A stretch of DNA of 64,000 nt from Candidatus Moraniibacteriota bacterium (GTDB lineage Bacteria > Patescibacteriota > Minisyncoccia > Moranbacterales > UBA1568), in NCBI GenBank assembly GCA_008012175.1, contig SSEF01000010.1, forward strand, positions 2,923 to 66,922, given 5' to 3'. Each line of letters begins with the position of its first letter. Within the stretch, counting starts at the first letter, position 1. Shown here piece by piece: positions 1 to 9,907 of the stretch. The position numbers and the translations under genes were made by a program. Under the pieces are notes generated by a model, which searched no databases, was not told the origin of the DNA, and worked only from the letters and a program-made list of their open reading frames with translations.

Positions 1-113
1 CGGCCGAATCAGGTACAGAGAGCAGGAAGGACCATTTTCTTCGGTTGTTTGACCGTGATCCGGCAGCAGCTGTTGCCGAACTCGACACCCTGTTCGAGAA
101 TTCCCATCACTAA
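1..113 (+). CDS. 3' end of an unidentified CDS (partial)
   Basis: Frame open from position 3 to TAA 111-113 (AESGTESRKDHFLRLFDRDPAAAVAELDTLFENSHH*). Confidence 0.45.
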   Translation, partial: AESGTESRKDHFLRLFDRDPAAAVAELDTLFENSHH

Positions 114-115
114 AA

Positions 116-142
116 TTAGCACTCACTTGACGAGTCTGCTAA
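116..142. promoter_or_regulatory. CIRCE (HrcA operator) overlapping the groES promoter
   Basis: TTAGCACTC-N9-GTCTGCTAA (2 mismatches to consensus); -35 TTGACG 127-132, 17 bp, -10 TACAAT 150-155. Confidence 0.85.
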
Positions 143-197
143 CCATTCGTACAATGGAGTGGCCACAGTCTCGAGTAATCTCCTAATTTCTAATATT

Positions 198-482
198 ATG
201 GCAAAAATTCGAATCCAACCGCTCGGCGAGAACGTGCTCGTAAAACTCGAACTGCAGGAGAAAAAAACCGCTTCCGGCTTGTTTCTGCCAGAGACGGCAT
301 CTGGCGATCGTGAGCAGCAAGGGACGGTTGTATCGGTCGGATCAGCGAAAGATATCCCTGTAAAAAAAGGCGATACGGTTATTTTTAAGCGCTACGGAGC
401 GAGCGAGGAGCTAAAGATCAACGGGATGAATCATATGCTCTTGAACTATAAGGATATCTTGGCGACTGTTGTATCCTCCTAA
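198..482 (+). CDS. groES: Co-chaperonin GroES
   Basis: IQPLGENVLVK...KTASGLFLP...GTVVSVG...VKKGDTVIF...DILA; CIRCE upstream. Confidence 0.95.
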   Translation: MAKIRIQPLGENVLVKLELQEKKTASGLFLPETASGDREQQGTVVSVGSAKDIPVKKGDTVIFKRYGASEELKINGMNHMLLNYKDILATVVSS

Positions 483-545
483 GGATAGAGATTCGAGGTG
501 TCTCTGATCCAAATTACATGTGCCATTCTTCGCCGCTCGCCTCTT

Positions 546-1400
546 TTATTCTGACGATGTGGTCGTTGGGAGCTTCTTCGTTTTCCATGATTGGAAACCG
601 CCATTGATGACTCGTACACCGATAAATCCCATATCGAAAAGCCTGGTTCCAGCCTGGAAGCTGTCTGTTTCGGTCGCACCATAGACGAATAGTGAGCCGA
701 TCATCGGTATGAGTGAGCGCTCCTTCTCGATGCGTACGAGAGGAATATTGATGGCGCCAGGGATATGCTCAGATTGAAATTCACCATCACTTCGGACATC
801 GATAAATGTGCTTCGGACAAGCGTCTTCTGAAGCCCGATGACCTCTTCCGGTGATATCGGTATGATCTTCGTCTGATCGATGAATGAGTTCGGATTCGCC
901 TCAGCGATGACGGTGCCGCCCTGAGCAATCCAGTTTCGGATTCCTCCTTCAAGAAAGGCAAAGGTTATTTTTTTAGCTGTAAATGTATCGTGAATATATC
1001 GGAGTTGGTCGTGGGAGGCTTCTTCGTCAAAGACCACGATGACGAATTTTCCTGGAACTGCGGTAAATGATCCAATTTCAGCAGCGTTTGTCCACTCGGA
1101 ATCGAGTAAGTGGTATTTTTCAAAATTGGAGCGGCTGCGGATATCGATAAAATGCAGAGATTCGTTCTTTCGGATGCGATCAAGGATATTCTCTGCGTCA
1201 ATGAAGCGCAGATCAGTGAAAGGGGATTCTGATGCAGATACAGGATGTTCCTGCTGATAATGCTCGTACCAGTTTTTCCCAAACGTTATCAATGTACCGC
1301 CGAGTATGAAACAAATGATAATGAGAAAAATACGGCCTTCCCTGCTGCCGCTGTTCGGTCGCAGTGGTCGCTCCTTGGGCGTAGAGTAGAACTGGCTCAT
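546..1400 (-). CDS. Membrane-anchored tandem rhodanese-domain protein
   Basis: N-terminal TM; two rhodanese repeats (IDIR...LEGGIRNW; IDVR..EF..EHIPGAINIP...GGFQSW); no obvious catalytic Cys. Confidence 0.8.
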   Translation of the reverse strand: MSQFYSTPKERPLRPNSGSREGRIFLIIICFILGGTLITFGKNWYEHYQQEHPVSASESPFTDLRFIDAENILDRIRKNESLHFIDIRSRSNFEKYHLLDSEWTNAAEIGSFTAVPGKFVIVVFDEEASHDQLRYIHDTFTAKKITFAFLEGGIRNWIAQGGTVIAEANPNSFIDQTKIIPISPEEVIGLQKTLVRSTFIDVRSDGEFQSEHIPGAINIPLVRIEKERSLIPMIGSLFVYGATETDSFQAGTRLFDMGFIGVRVINGGFQSWKTKKLPTTTSSE

Positions 1401-2398
1401 ATAAGGATAGCGCCAATAAAATCGGGGTATCCCTGAAGAAATTCAGTGATGGTAAGAGGGGCTTTCCCTTCGGCCTGGATAATTACAGGAAAAATTACTC
1501 CGGCCCCAGTAACAATGCCTATTTTTTCTCCGATTTCAAGCACGGTCCCAACCGGATGCTGAGTCGCAAGTAATGATTTTTGAATTTCGATCTCATGCAA
1601 TTTTATTCGGATAGCACCGTCTTCATCTCTTCGCCAGTATGTAAAGAGTCCGGGCCACGGATGTAGTCCTCGAAATCGGTTATAAATCTCCGTAGCACTT
1701 GCATTCCAGAAAATACGGCCATCTTCCCGTTCAATAAGCTGGCAAAGGGTAACGCCATCCTCGGTCTGAGGGAGGGTAGTGATAGCCCGGGTAATCCAGA
1801 AAGGAAGTGTTTCTATGAGGAGTGCTGCGCCGAGCTCGGCGAGACGGTCCAGGAGTTCGTTGGCCCGCTCCTCCGGGTTAATAGGTAGTTTTTTTACTGC
1901 AATGATGTCACCTGTGTCCATCCCTTCGTTAAGCTCCATAATAGTGATTCCGGTCTCGGTGTCACCAGCGATGAGCGCATTGGCGACCGGAGAGGCGCCC
2001 CGCCAGCGAGGAAGGATTGAGGCATGAACATTAATGCAGCCGAACCCCGGAAGATCAAGGACGGCCTTCGGCAGGATTCGGCCATAGGCAGCCACGACGA
2101 TTATATCTGGTTTCCAGTCAGAGAGTTTCTTTATAGCATCTTTGTCTAGTCTCTCAGGTTGAAAAACAGGCAATCCATGCTTCATCGCGAGCGCCTTTAC
2201 GGCGGAAGGGGTAAGCTCCTGTTTCCGTCCAGATTTCCGATCAGGCTGAGTGACAACACCAACGATGTTGTATCGTTCAGCGATGAGTGAAGCAAGGGTG
2301 GTTGCAGCGAATTCCGGCGTCCCCATAAAGACAACCGAAACCTGCGGGGCTTTGAAATTCTGGATTGAAGGATCGGAAGTTTTAGAGGGCGTAGACAT
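1397..2398 (-). CDS. fmt: Methionyl-tRNA formyltransferase
   Basis: VFMGTPEFA, VVTQPDR, NVHASILPRWRGASP, MDTGDI. Confidence 0.95.
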   Translation of the reverse strand: MSTPSKTSDPSIQNFKAPQVSVVFMGTPEFAATTLASLIAERYNIVGVVTQPDRKSGRKQELTPSAVKALAMKHGLPVFQPERLDKDAIKKLSDWKPDIIVVAAYGRILPKAVLDLPGFGCINVHASILPRWRGASPVANALIAGDTETGITIMELNEGMDTGDIIAVKKLPINPEERANELLDRLAELGAALLIETLPFWITRAITTLPQTEDGVTLCQLIEREDGRIFWNASATEIYNRFRGLHPWPGLFTYWRRDEDGAIRIKLHEIEIQKSLLATQHPVGTVLEIGEKIGIVTGAGVIFPVIIQAEGKAPLTITEFLQGYPDFIGAILI

Positions 2399-2858
2399 GT
2401 CTGTTCTTTTGGTTTTTGTAACGGTCGCAGATGAGAACGCCATCGAGATGGTCGAGTTCGTGCTGGAGGCAGATCGCCCACAAGCCGCGGGCTCGGAGTT
2501 TCTGGTCGGCTCCAGTTTCATCGACGTAGCGAACAGTGACCTGCTCCGAACGTTCGATGGCAAAGAATTCTCCAGGGAGACTGAGACAGCCTTCTTCGAA
2601 GAGGATCTTTTCGTCTGAAGCGCTCGTGATCTTCGGATTGATAAAGTTCCGGATCACCCCGTCGATCTCAACCACGCAGATGCGCAGGTTCTTGCCGATT
2701 TGTGGCGCTGCGAGACCAATGCCATCAGCCTTCCGCATCACCTCGAGCATTTTTGGGAGGAGCGCTTGAACTTCTGACTCCAGAGGATCCTTCACAGGTT
2801 CGTTCTTTGCATGGAGGATAGCGTTTTCAGCGCCAGTTAGAATCGGGTATTGAGTCAT
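2382..2858 (-). CDS. def: Peptide deformylase
   Basis: GIGLAAPQIG, EGCLSLPG, QHELDHLDG motifs. Confidence 0.97.
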   Translation of the reverse strand: MTQYPILTGAENAILHAKNEPVKDPLESEVQALLPKMLEVMRKADGIGLAAPQIGKNLRICVVEIDGVIRNFINPKITSASDEKILFEEGCLSLPGEFFAIERSEQVTVRYVDETGADQKLRARGLWAICLQHELDHLDGVLICDRYKNQKNRHVYAL

Positions 2859-2869
2859 AGCGAGAAAAT

Positions 2870-4807
2870 TCATGAGCCGTGGAGTGAAATCGGATTTCGC
2901 GTGATGTGAATGGCTGGATCAAGCTCCTGGAGGCAGGCATGGAGCGCATCAGGAAACGGCTGTGTCCGGGCAATTCGGATAAGCACATGGTAGCGGTTTT
3001 TCCTGCCAAATGGCAAATATTTAGGCAGGACTTCGACTCCGGGAAGATGGAGCCTTTTAAGCGCTGCTTCAGCGGCTTCAGCAACTGCGCTCGAGAACAC
3101 TTCTTTCTTTGGGTGGCATTCTAACTGGATCAGGTCGTAGTAGGGCGGGTAGTGGAGTATCTGCCGTTCCTCGAGGAGTGGAGTGGCTGTCAGGGGAAGC
3201 GGCTGCTCGGCCCAGGTCGTCCAGAATTTCGCCTCTGGCTGGAAGGTTTGCACGATGAGCTGTCCTCCGGTTCTCAGCTTTGCACCGAAACGCCGGAGTT
3301 CACGCCAGAGACGTTCTTCAGATTGAAAATCTGGGTAGAACAGCCCCTGATCCGGTTCGATCATGGCGATGACGGCAAGCGGCGGCAGAGGGAGGCTGTA
3401 TGCAGCTTCATAAGTGGCGACAATAATTGCCCCAGGCGCTGCTTCCCGGAGAGCTTTGAAGAGAGATTCGGTCTCGGCCTTACGCGCTTGGGCATCGCGA
3501 TCGATTCTGACGATATCCTCGCCGAACCCGGCACGTTCGAGATCGCGGACGATCCTCTCTGTTCCGGCGCCGAAACTTTTGAAGTGCATGTGTCCGCACT
3601 CCTTGCAGCGCGGGAAGAGAGACGATCGGTAGCCACAGGAAAGGCAGCGGAAAGAGCCTTCTTTGGATTCTGCGAGGGCAGCCTGGCAATTCGGGCAGCG
3701 GACAGGGACCTGGCACTTGGCGCAGAGTGAGAAGCGGGCGATGCCGCGCTGTTTCACAAGGATGAGTGTTCCTTGCTTCGCTTTCCGCGCATTTCGAACA
3801 AGATCGATGAGTTTCGGCGAGAGTGGCTGATTCATGCTGCCGCGCCGATAATTTTGTCGTAGGTCGATGGTGACGAGCGGCTGCTTTGGACCGAAGGCAA
3901 ATGGTGTCCCGACAATCTTCGCTTCCGGTAGAAAAGCGCTGATTCCTGGGGCGACCGAAAGCCGGAAGAGAGGGATGCGTTCCCTTTGCGCGACTGTCTC
4001 AGCAATTTCGACGGCATCGTAGCGTGGCATCATTTCCCATTGGGTATACGAGAGCTGCTTCTCTGAATCGATGATGACGATTGCTGAGAGGTTCCGGAAT
4101 GGAGCGAAAATCGCCTGTCGCGTTCCGACAAGAATGTCGACCAACGCATCGCCGATCGCTTGGTATGTCTCGTACTGGCTTTTCTCGGTTTCCCGACTCG
4201 TGAGTATTCGGATGTTTGCCTTCGGGAATGTGTCCCTGAGCTTCGCTCTGTAGAGTTCGGCGGAGAGGATTTCAGGAACCAGTATGACGAGAAGCCGCTT
4301 TTCTTTGAGAGCAGACTTTCCAAGTGCGACCAGCCGATCGAAAACGAGCGCGTCGCTTGGTGCGGCCTCCCAGGTATTAGGATGAAACACGTATTTTCCT
4401 CGTTTCGTCCTGGTTGTCAGGCGTCTCTTCCCTGGGTCTTCACCTAAGGTGCCGCCAATCTTTACTGTGCGGGGTTTTCGGAGAATCGGAAAAAAGAGCT
4501 TGAGGATGCTTCCGAGCGGCGCATAGAGCCGATTCGAAAGCTCCCAAGCAAGAGTAATCTGCTCAGACTTGAGGAATCTAGGGAGGATAACGGGGCCAAC
4601 AAACTTCATCCATTCTGGTACCTGTCCAGAAAGAGGGGCGCAATCGAGCGATACGCCTACGAGCATGCGCTTTCCAAAGGATATCGAGACAAGCGATCCG
4701 GGCTCGACAGGCTCATGCGAGGCGTAACTAAAGCGCGGGTCGCGGCGGCCATAGAGGAGCGTGAGAGGGACGATATCGATGCGATAGATCGGAACTGGTT
4801 TTGGCAT
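2870..4807 (-). CDS. priA: Primosomal protein PriA-like, degenerate helicase motifs
   Basis: LVPEI, VGTRQAIFAPF, four CxxC pairs, GAGTER, PDFQSEER, IVQT, HYPPY; no GKT Walker A; priA-def-fmt order. Confidence 0.85.
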   Translation of the reverse strand: MPKPVPIYRIDIVPLTLLYGRRDPRFSYASHEPVEPGSLVSISFGKRMLVGVSLDCAPLSGQVPEWMKFVGPVILPRFLKSEQITLAWELSNRLYAPLGSILKLFFPILRKPRTVKIGGTLGEDPGKRRLTTRTKRGKYVFHPNTWEAAPSDALVFDRLVALGKSALKEKRLLVILVPEILSAELYRAKLRDTFPKANIRILTSRETEKSQYETYQAIGDALVDILVGTRQAIFAPFRNLSAIVIIDSEKQLSYTQWEMMPRYDAVEIAETVAQRERIPLFRLSVAPGISAFLPEAKIVGTPFAFGPKQPLVTIDLRQNYRRGSMNQPLSPKLIDLVRNARKAKQGTLILVKQRGIARFSLCAKCQVPVRCPNCQAALAESKEGSFRCLSCGYRSSLFPRCKECGHMHFKSFGAGTERIVRDLERAGFGEDIVRIDRDAQARKAETESLFKALREAAPGAIIVATYEAAYSLPLPPLAVIAMIEPDQGLFYPDFQSEERLWRELRRFGAKLRTGGQLIVQTFQPEAKFWTTWAEQPLPLTATPLLEERQILHYPPYYDLIQLECHPKKEVFSSAVAEAAEAALKRLHLPGVEVLPKYLPFGRKNRYHVLIRIARTQPFPDALHACLQELDPAIHITRNPISLHGS

Positions 4808-4939
4808 ATAGGTTCGGTGTTGCTCGTGCCCCTTATATTGTACAGGAGAATGGCCATTACCAAGCCTTATTTTTGGGGAAAATTTTTGGCATAGCGACTT
4901 GTCAGGACGGGATAAATTCAGTATACTCGTCTGACCCAT

Positions 4940-5491
4940 ATGCTGAGTACGCGCCGTCTTTTCGTCGGAATCCCGCTCTCTCTGCGGCTGCAAAAAAGGC
5001 TTTCTTCCGAGATTGCCCATTTCGAACATCTTCCGATCATCCCGACCCGAAACGGGAATTTTCACATCACCCTCATGTTTCTCGGCTTCATCAATGAAGA
5101 AGGGATCCCGGATATCATCGAGGCACTCGAGGATGCGGTGGTTGATATCGAGCCATTCGAGGTAGACCTCTCCGAAATCCGCGCTGAACCGAATGCTGAA
5201 CATCCGACCATGATTTGGTTTGCTGGCGAAGCTTCCGAAGCCCTGGTCGGACTGCGCAATGCCGTGGCGAATGCGCTCGCGTACCTGACGCCGGAATCAA
5301 AAAGCTTTCGTCCGCACGTGACCCTCGCGAAAATTCGTCGCGGGAAATTCGAGGCGCTCGAGTCAAAACCCGAGTTCGATAAAACGCTCCATGTGATCGA
5401 GCCGGTCGATTCCATCGCGCTGTTCGAGTCGACGACGGTCGACGGTAAGCGCGCCTATCTGCCACTCGTAGAATTTCCTCTTGGGACATAA
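4940..5491 (+). CDS. thpR: RNA 2',3'-cyclic phosphodiesterase (2H family)
   Basis: RLFVGIP, HITLMFLG and FRPHVTLAK (two HxT motifs). Confidence 0.9.
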   Translation: MLSTRRLFVGIPLSLRLQKRLSSEIAHFEHLPIIPTRNGNFHITLMFLGFINEEGIPDIIEALEDAVVDIEPFEVDLSEIRAEPNAEHPTMIWFAGEASEALVGLRNAVANALAYLTPESKSFRPHVTLAKIRRGKFEALESKPEFDKTLHVIEPVDSIALFESTTVDGKRAYLPLVEFPLGT

Positions 5492-5584
5492 GCATGGAAC
5501 ATGGAGCATGCAACAAAAAACAATACGACCTCCGTATCATTTTTGTTCCTTGTTTTATGATTCATGTTGTATGATCCATGCTCT

Positions 5585-6280
5585 ATGAATATCTTTGGCA
5601 TCGGAATCGACAATCTCTCGCGTGCCGAGGTAGTAGAGCGCATCCGTGTCTGGCTCAATGGGAACGGTTTCCACCGGATTGCGACAGCCGGTCCGGAATT
5701 CCTTCTCCTCGCGACGAAAAACCGGGCCTTTCGGGGTGCGCTCGAAGCTGCCGACCTCCGCGTTGCGGACGGTGTCGGACTCTACCTTCCATTTTTTCTG
5801 GCCGGCGAATCGCTCACGGAACGAGTCACGGGCGCTGATCTCTTGCCTGAAATATTCAAGCTCGCCGAAGCACGGCAGCTGACCATCAGTCTCATGCTCG
5901 ATCCGGGCGGGCTGTCGAGCTATGAGCTCGTAAAAAAAGCGCTCCTCGCGCAGTATCCTGACCTGAGTGTGGCGAAATTCGCACCCGAATATCTGGCTGG
6001 ATCCGCGCCGATCCCGTATCACATCGTCTTCTGCAATTATGGCGCTCCGCTCCAAGAGATCATATTGGCTGGTCTCCGGGAAAAACCGGGGAGTATCCGG
6101 CTTGCGATGGGTGTCGGCGGTGCCTTCGATTTTCTGACCGGCCGGATTCCACGGGCCCCGAAGTGGCTCCGGTCTCTGGGCCTTGAGTGGGTGTGGCGCC
6201 TGTATCAGCAGCCGAAGCGCTGGCGTCGCATCTGGAGCGCGGTAGTCGTGTTTCCCTGGAAGGTCTTGAGCCAGAAATAG
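5585..6280 (+). CDS. WecB/TagA/CpsF family glycosyltransferase
   Basis: ADLRVADGVG, ERVTGADL, GAPLQE, MGVGGAFDF, RAPKW...GLEWVWRL..QPKRWRR. Confidence 0.9.
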   Translation: MNIFGIGIDNLSRAEVVERIRVWLNGNGFHRIATAGPEFLLLATKNRAFRGALEAADLRVADGVGLYLPFFLAGESLTERVTGADLLPEIFKLAEARQLTISLMLDPGGLSSYELVKKALLAQYPDLSVAKFAPEYLAGSAPIPYHIVFCNYGAPLQEIILAGLREKPGSIRLAMGVGGAFDFLTGRIPRAPKWLRSLGLEWVWRLYQQPKRWRRIWSAVVVFPWKVLSQK

Positions 6281-6301
6281 AAGAGGTTGGCTAAAAATTC
6301 A

Positions 6302-6339
6302 AAAGCCGCACGTTGAGTGGTTACTCGGTGTGCGGCTTT
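6302..6339. terminator. Probable bidirectional intrinsic terminator
   Basis: AAAGCCGCAC...GTGCGGCTTT between convergent genes. Confidence 0.65.
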
Positions 6340-6367
6340 CCTTATAGGCGACTGCTGACTTGCGACT

Positions 6368-6850
6368 TCAAGTCAGCGATTGGAAGAGCGATCCTGTCGC
6401 TTTCCAGATGCCGCCCAGATTCACTTGGCAGACGCGGCGGGTACTGGTACCCCATTCGTAGGTGTTGTAGAAGCCTTCGGTGGGATTGATGCCGAGATGC
6501 CTGACTTCTTCGATTGATAGAGGCTGCAACTGCCAGAAGGGCCCTCCAGTCAGTTCGATACGACCGTACATCGGTCCTGAGGCCTGAATCATGCGGTGGG
6601 TAGCCTTCAGCGTGTCGAATTTTTCGGTGAATCCAACCTGTCCACACACGGTGTAGTCAATTCGGTAGCCGATCTTGGCATCCCCATATGACTGGTAATC
6701 GGCATGACGCGTGAATTCGCGCTTGAAGATGTGACTGTCGCCCTGTACCGGGTGATTGAAGTCGTGGATGGCCACGGCGCCAAGCCACAGGATTGCGCTG
6801 AGCAGGCCGAAGGTGAGGAACGTGACGACGTTCGCGATACGGTTGAGCAT
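6368..6850 (-). CDS. Hypothetical protein with N-terminal TM/signal
   Basis: SD AGGAG; promoter TTGACT(6945-6950)-17-TAATAT(6922-6927); hydrophobic N-terminus. Confidence 0.7.
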   Translation of the reverse strand: MLNRIANVVTFLTFGLLSAILWLGAVAIHDFNHPVQGDSHIFKREFTRHADYQSYGDAKIGYRIDYTVCGQVGFTEKFDTLKATHRMIQASGPMYGRIELTGGPFWQLQPLSIEEVRHLGINPTEGFYNTYEWGTSTRRVCQVNLGGIWKATGSLFQSLT

Positions 6851-6987
6851 CTGAGTCTCCTAATGAATGGCCGAAATGGCCGGGGTGAAAGAACGTATTC
6901 GACACGGTGTGCCGAAGCAGTATATTAGCATATTTATACGTAAAAGTCAATGTAGAAAAAAGCTTTAAGAAAGGGTATAATCGGGCT

Positions 6988-8553
6988 ATGAAAGAGCCCG
7001 AACACAAGCCTGTCCGGGTGCGGTATGCACCCTCGCCGACCGGTCTCCAGCATATCGGGGGACTCCGAACGGCCCTCTACAACTGTCTCTATGCGCGCAA
7101 GCTAAGCGGGCAATTTATCTTGCGCATCGAGGATACGGATCAGAAGCGGTTCGTCGAGGGGGCGCTCGAGAACACGCTCGCTTTTCTCCGCGATTTCGGT
7201 CTCCATTATGGCGAGGGACCGATACTCCTTTCTGATAAGGATACAGAAAATGATTCTGTCGGTATGCTCTCGAGTCGCTATCCAGGTGTCTATGAGCTTG
7301 GCGACAAGGCACCGTATATCCAGTCCGAGCGGCTCGACCTCTATCAGAAATATGCTAACGAGCTCGTAGCAAAGGGCTCAGCCTACCACTGTTTTTGCAC
7401 TGAAGAGCGGCTCACTGCGCTCCGTGAACGGCAGGAGGGGGCAAAGCTCGCACCGCGCTATGATCGCGAGTGCCTGAAGTTGCCGGCGGCCGAAGTGAAA
7501 GAGCGCCGGTCGCATGGCGAGCCGAGCGTGATCCGCTTCAAGATCCCGGAACAGGGAAAGTTTACTGTGACCGATATCCTGCGCGGAGCCATCGATGCCG
7601 ATACCGATGTGATTGACGATTTCGTTCTCATGAAGTCGGACGGCTATCCGACCTACCATCTCGCCAATATCATCGATGACCACCTCATGGAAATCACCCA
7701 TGTCATGCGTGCGGTCGAGTGGCTGCCGAGCTTGCCGAAGCATATCCTACTGTACCAGGCGTTCGGTTGGGAGGCGCCGCAGTTTGCCCACCTCTCCATC
7801 ATCCTCGGGAAAGATGGTAAGAAAAAACTCTCCAAACGCGAGGGTGATGTATCGGTAGATTCCTTTGTTGCGGCAGGATATCTCCGCGAAGCGCTCCTGA
7901 ATTTCGTTGCGCTTCTTGGCTGGAATCCGGGGAATGGCAGTACGCAGGAGATCTTCACGCTCGATGAGTTGACGAAAGCATTTTCACTCGAGCATCTGAA
8001 CAAAGCCGGCGCCGTCTTCGACCGGGCCAAACTCGACTGGATGAATCATGAGTACATCGTCCGGAAATCCGATACCGAAGTGCTTGACCTCATCAAGTCC
8101 GGTAAATTCCTCGACCAAAAAGGCTGGTATGCCAAAGCGCCGGAAAGCTACAAGGCTGAGACGTATCTCCTAAAGGTCCTGGCCATCGAGAAAGAGCGCC
8201 TGAAGACGCTTGCTGCTTTCGGCGAAGAGAACCAGTTTCTCTTCGTTGACCCGATCGAGTATCCGAAAGAGATGCTTGCCTGGAAGGGGAATGCTCCGGA
8301 GATGACACGTGCCGCACTCGAACAGGCGCTCATACTTGCTGAAGGTCTCACGCCGATAGACTGGGAGAATCGTGCGCTCCTCGGGGAAAAATTCCTTGCG
8401 GCAGCAGGGGAGAAGCGCGGGGATTTCCTCTGGCCGCTCCGCGTTGCCCTCTCCGGTCTCGAGCGTTCCCCTTCGCCGATGGATATACTCTGGGTACTTG
8501 GCCGCGAACGTTCGGTCGCGCGGATCCGGGCAGCGCTCGAAAAGCTCATCTAA
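6988..8553 (+). CDS. gltX: Glutamyl-tRNA synthetase
   Basis: RYAPSPTG, HIGG, LRIEDTD, KLSKR; TATAAT 6 nt before the ATG. Confidence 0.97.
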   Translation: MKEPEHKPVRVRYAPSPTGLQHIGGLRTALYNCLYARKLSGQFILRIEDTDQKRFVEGALENTLAFLRDFGLHYGEGPILLSDKDTENDSVGMLSSRYPGVYELGDKAPYIQSERLDLYQKYANELVAKGSAYHCFCTEERLTALRERQEGAKLAPRYDRECLKLPAAEVKERRSHGEPSVIRFKIPEQGKFTVTDILRGAIDADTDVIDDFVLMKSDGYPTYHLANIIDDHLMEITHVMRAVEWLPSLPKHILLYQAFGWEAPQFAHLSIILGKDGKKKLSKREGDVSVDSFVAAGYLREALLNFVALLGWNPGNGSTQEIFTLDELTKAFSLEHLNKAGAVFDRAKLDWMNHEYIVRKSDTEVLDLIKSGKFLDQKGWYAKAPESYKAETYLLKVLAIEKERLKTLAAFGEENQFLFVDPIEYPKEMLAWKGNAPEMTRAALEQALILAEGLTPIDWENRALLGEKFLAAAGEKRGDFLWPLRVALSGLERSPSPMDILWVLGRERSVARIRAALEKLI

Positions 8554-8605
8554 CCCCCCGGCTATCTATCTTGTGTGGCAGTTGAGAGTCGAAACAAAAA
8601 TCTTT

Positions 8606-9907
8606 ATGAGGCAAGTAAAGAAGAGAAGAGACAAAGCGATGATGACGAACCGGATCACGGCCGGAACGGCTCTGGTATTTCTCTTGGCTATGATGACGCA
8701 TTTCGTTGCCCGAGCGGAAGACAGTCTTGATTCTTTGACGGCTGAACAGAGAAAAGCGCTTGAAGACCGAGAAGACGAGTTAGATGATATTAAGGCAAAA
8801 ATTAAGGCATACAAGGATATTGTCAATCTGAAGCAACGCCAGGGGGCGGCACTCGGTGACCAGATTGAGAGCCTAGAGGCGCAGGCAAAGAGCCTCGAGC
8901 TCCAGATGGATCTAAACCAGAAAACGCTCGTTGAGATCCAGTCCGAAGTGCAGATCCTCACCGAGCGTATTCGCCAGAAAGAGGCCGTTATCATTCATCA
9001 GAAAGGGATCTTGTCTGAGATCATGCGTGGATATTACGATGATCAGGCTTCCGTTATTCCAGCAGAACTCATCATGAACGCTTCTCAGATGGTGAATCCT
9101 CTCCAGGAGGGCGAGTGGACAGCTGAGACTGGCGCAAAAATGAGCGAGCTCTTGAGTTCGCTCAGATCGCTTCGCGAAAGTCTTGTTAGCGAGCACCAAG
9201 CCCTTATTGAAAAACAGAAGAAGGCTGATACGCTCCGTCTCCAGCTTGAAGAGCAGGATGCGCGGCTTGATTCGACGAAAACGAATAAGGAGCAGCTTCT
9301 GGCAAAGACGCAATCGGAAGTCCAGAAGTATGATGCGCTGGTTGACGATCTTGAAAAGCAGCGTGAAGAAATCGAGGATGAAATTGAATCACTCGAAGCG
9401 GGAAAAATCGATGCACTTGATACGAAGGACCTGCCAGGGTTCAATAAGGGAACGCTCAGCTATCCCGTAAGGAAAGTGACCATTACACAAAGTTATGGCA
9501 AGACGAGCTTTGCAAAAAAGTCCGGCTTCTATAAGTCCGGCTTCCATAATGGTATCGATTTCGGAATTCCGAATGGAACGAGTATCCTTGCAGCAGCTGA
9601 TGGCAAGGTTATCGCGATCGGAAACAATGGTAAATACGCCTATGGACGCTATGTCGCCATCGATCACGGCAATGGTCTCGTTACGATGTACGGGCATCTG
9701 AGTTCGGTGACAAGAAAGCTCGGAGAGAAGGTCAAGCGGGGAGATACAATCGCAAAATCAGGCAATACCGGAAACTCAACCGGCCCGCACCTTCATTTCA
9801 CTGTTTTCTCAGCTAAATCCTTTGATGTCGTGGCATCCAAAGTCGTGAAGAGCCTGAAGGATATCCCGGTCGGTGCGACGGTCAATCCAAAAGTCTATCT
9901 CCCGTAA
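8606..9907 (+). CDS. Coiled-coil M23 peptidase (EnvC/NlpD-like)
   Basis: Signal peptide, long coiled coil, HNGIDF and STGPHLHF motifs; start uncertain (8606 or 8639). Confidence 0.9.
   Translation: MRQVKKRRDKAMMTNRITAGTALVFLLAMMTHFVARAEDSLDSLTAEQRKALEDREDELDDIKAKIKAYKDIVNLKQRQGAALGDQIESLEAQAKSLELQMDLNQKTLVEIQSEVQILTERIRQKEAVIIHQKGILSEIMRGYYDDQASVIPAELIMNASQMVNPLQEGEWTAETGAKMSELLSSLRSLRESLVSEHQALIEKQKKADTLRLQLEEQDARLDSTKTNKEQLLAKTQSEVQKYDALVDDLEKQREEIEDEIESLEAGKIDALDTKDLPGFNKGTLSYPVRKVTITQSYGKTSFAKKSGFYKSGFHNGIDFGIPNGTSILAAADGKVIAIGNNGKYAYGRYVAIDHGNGLVTMYGHLSSVTRKLGEKVKRGDTIAKSGNTGNSTGPHLHFTVFSAKSFDVVASKVVKSLKDIPVGATVNPKVYLP

Noticed and set aside
4808-5203. 132-aa N-terminal extension of PriA
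   Set aside because: Overlaps thpR on the opposite strand; PriA similarity begins at ATG 4807.
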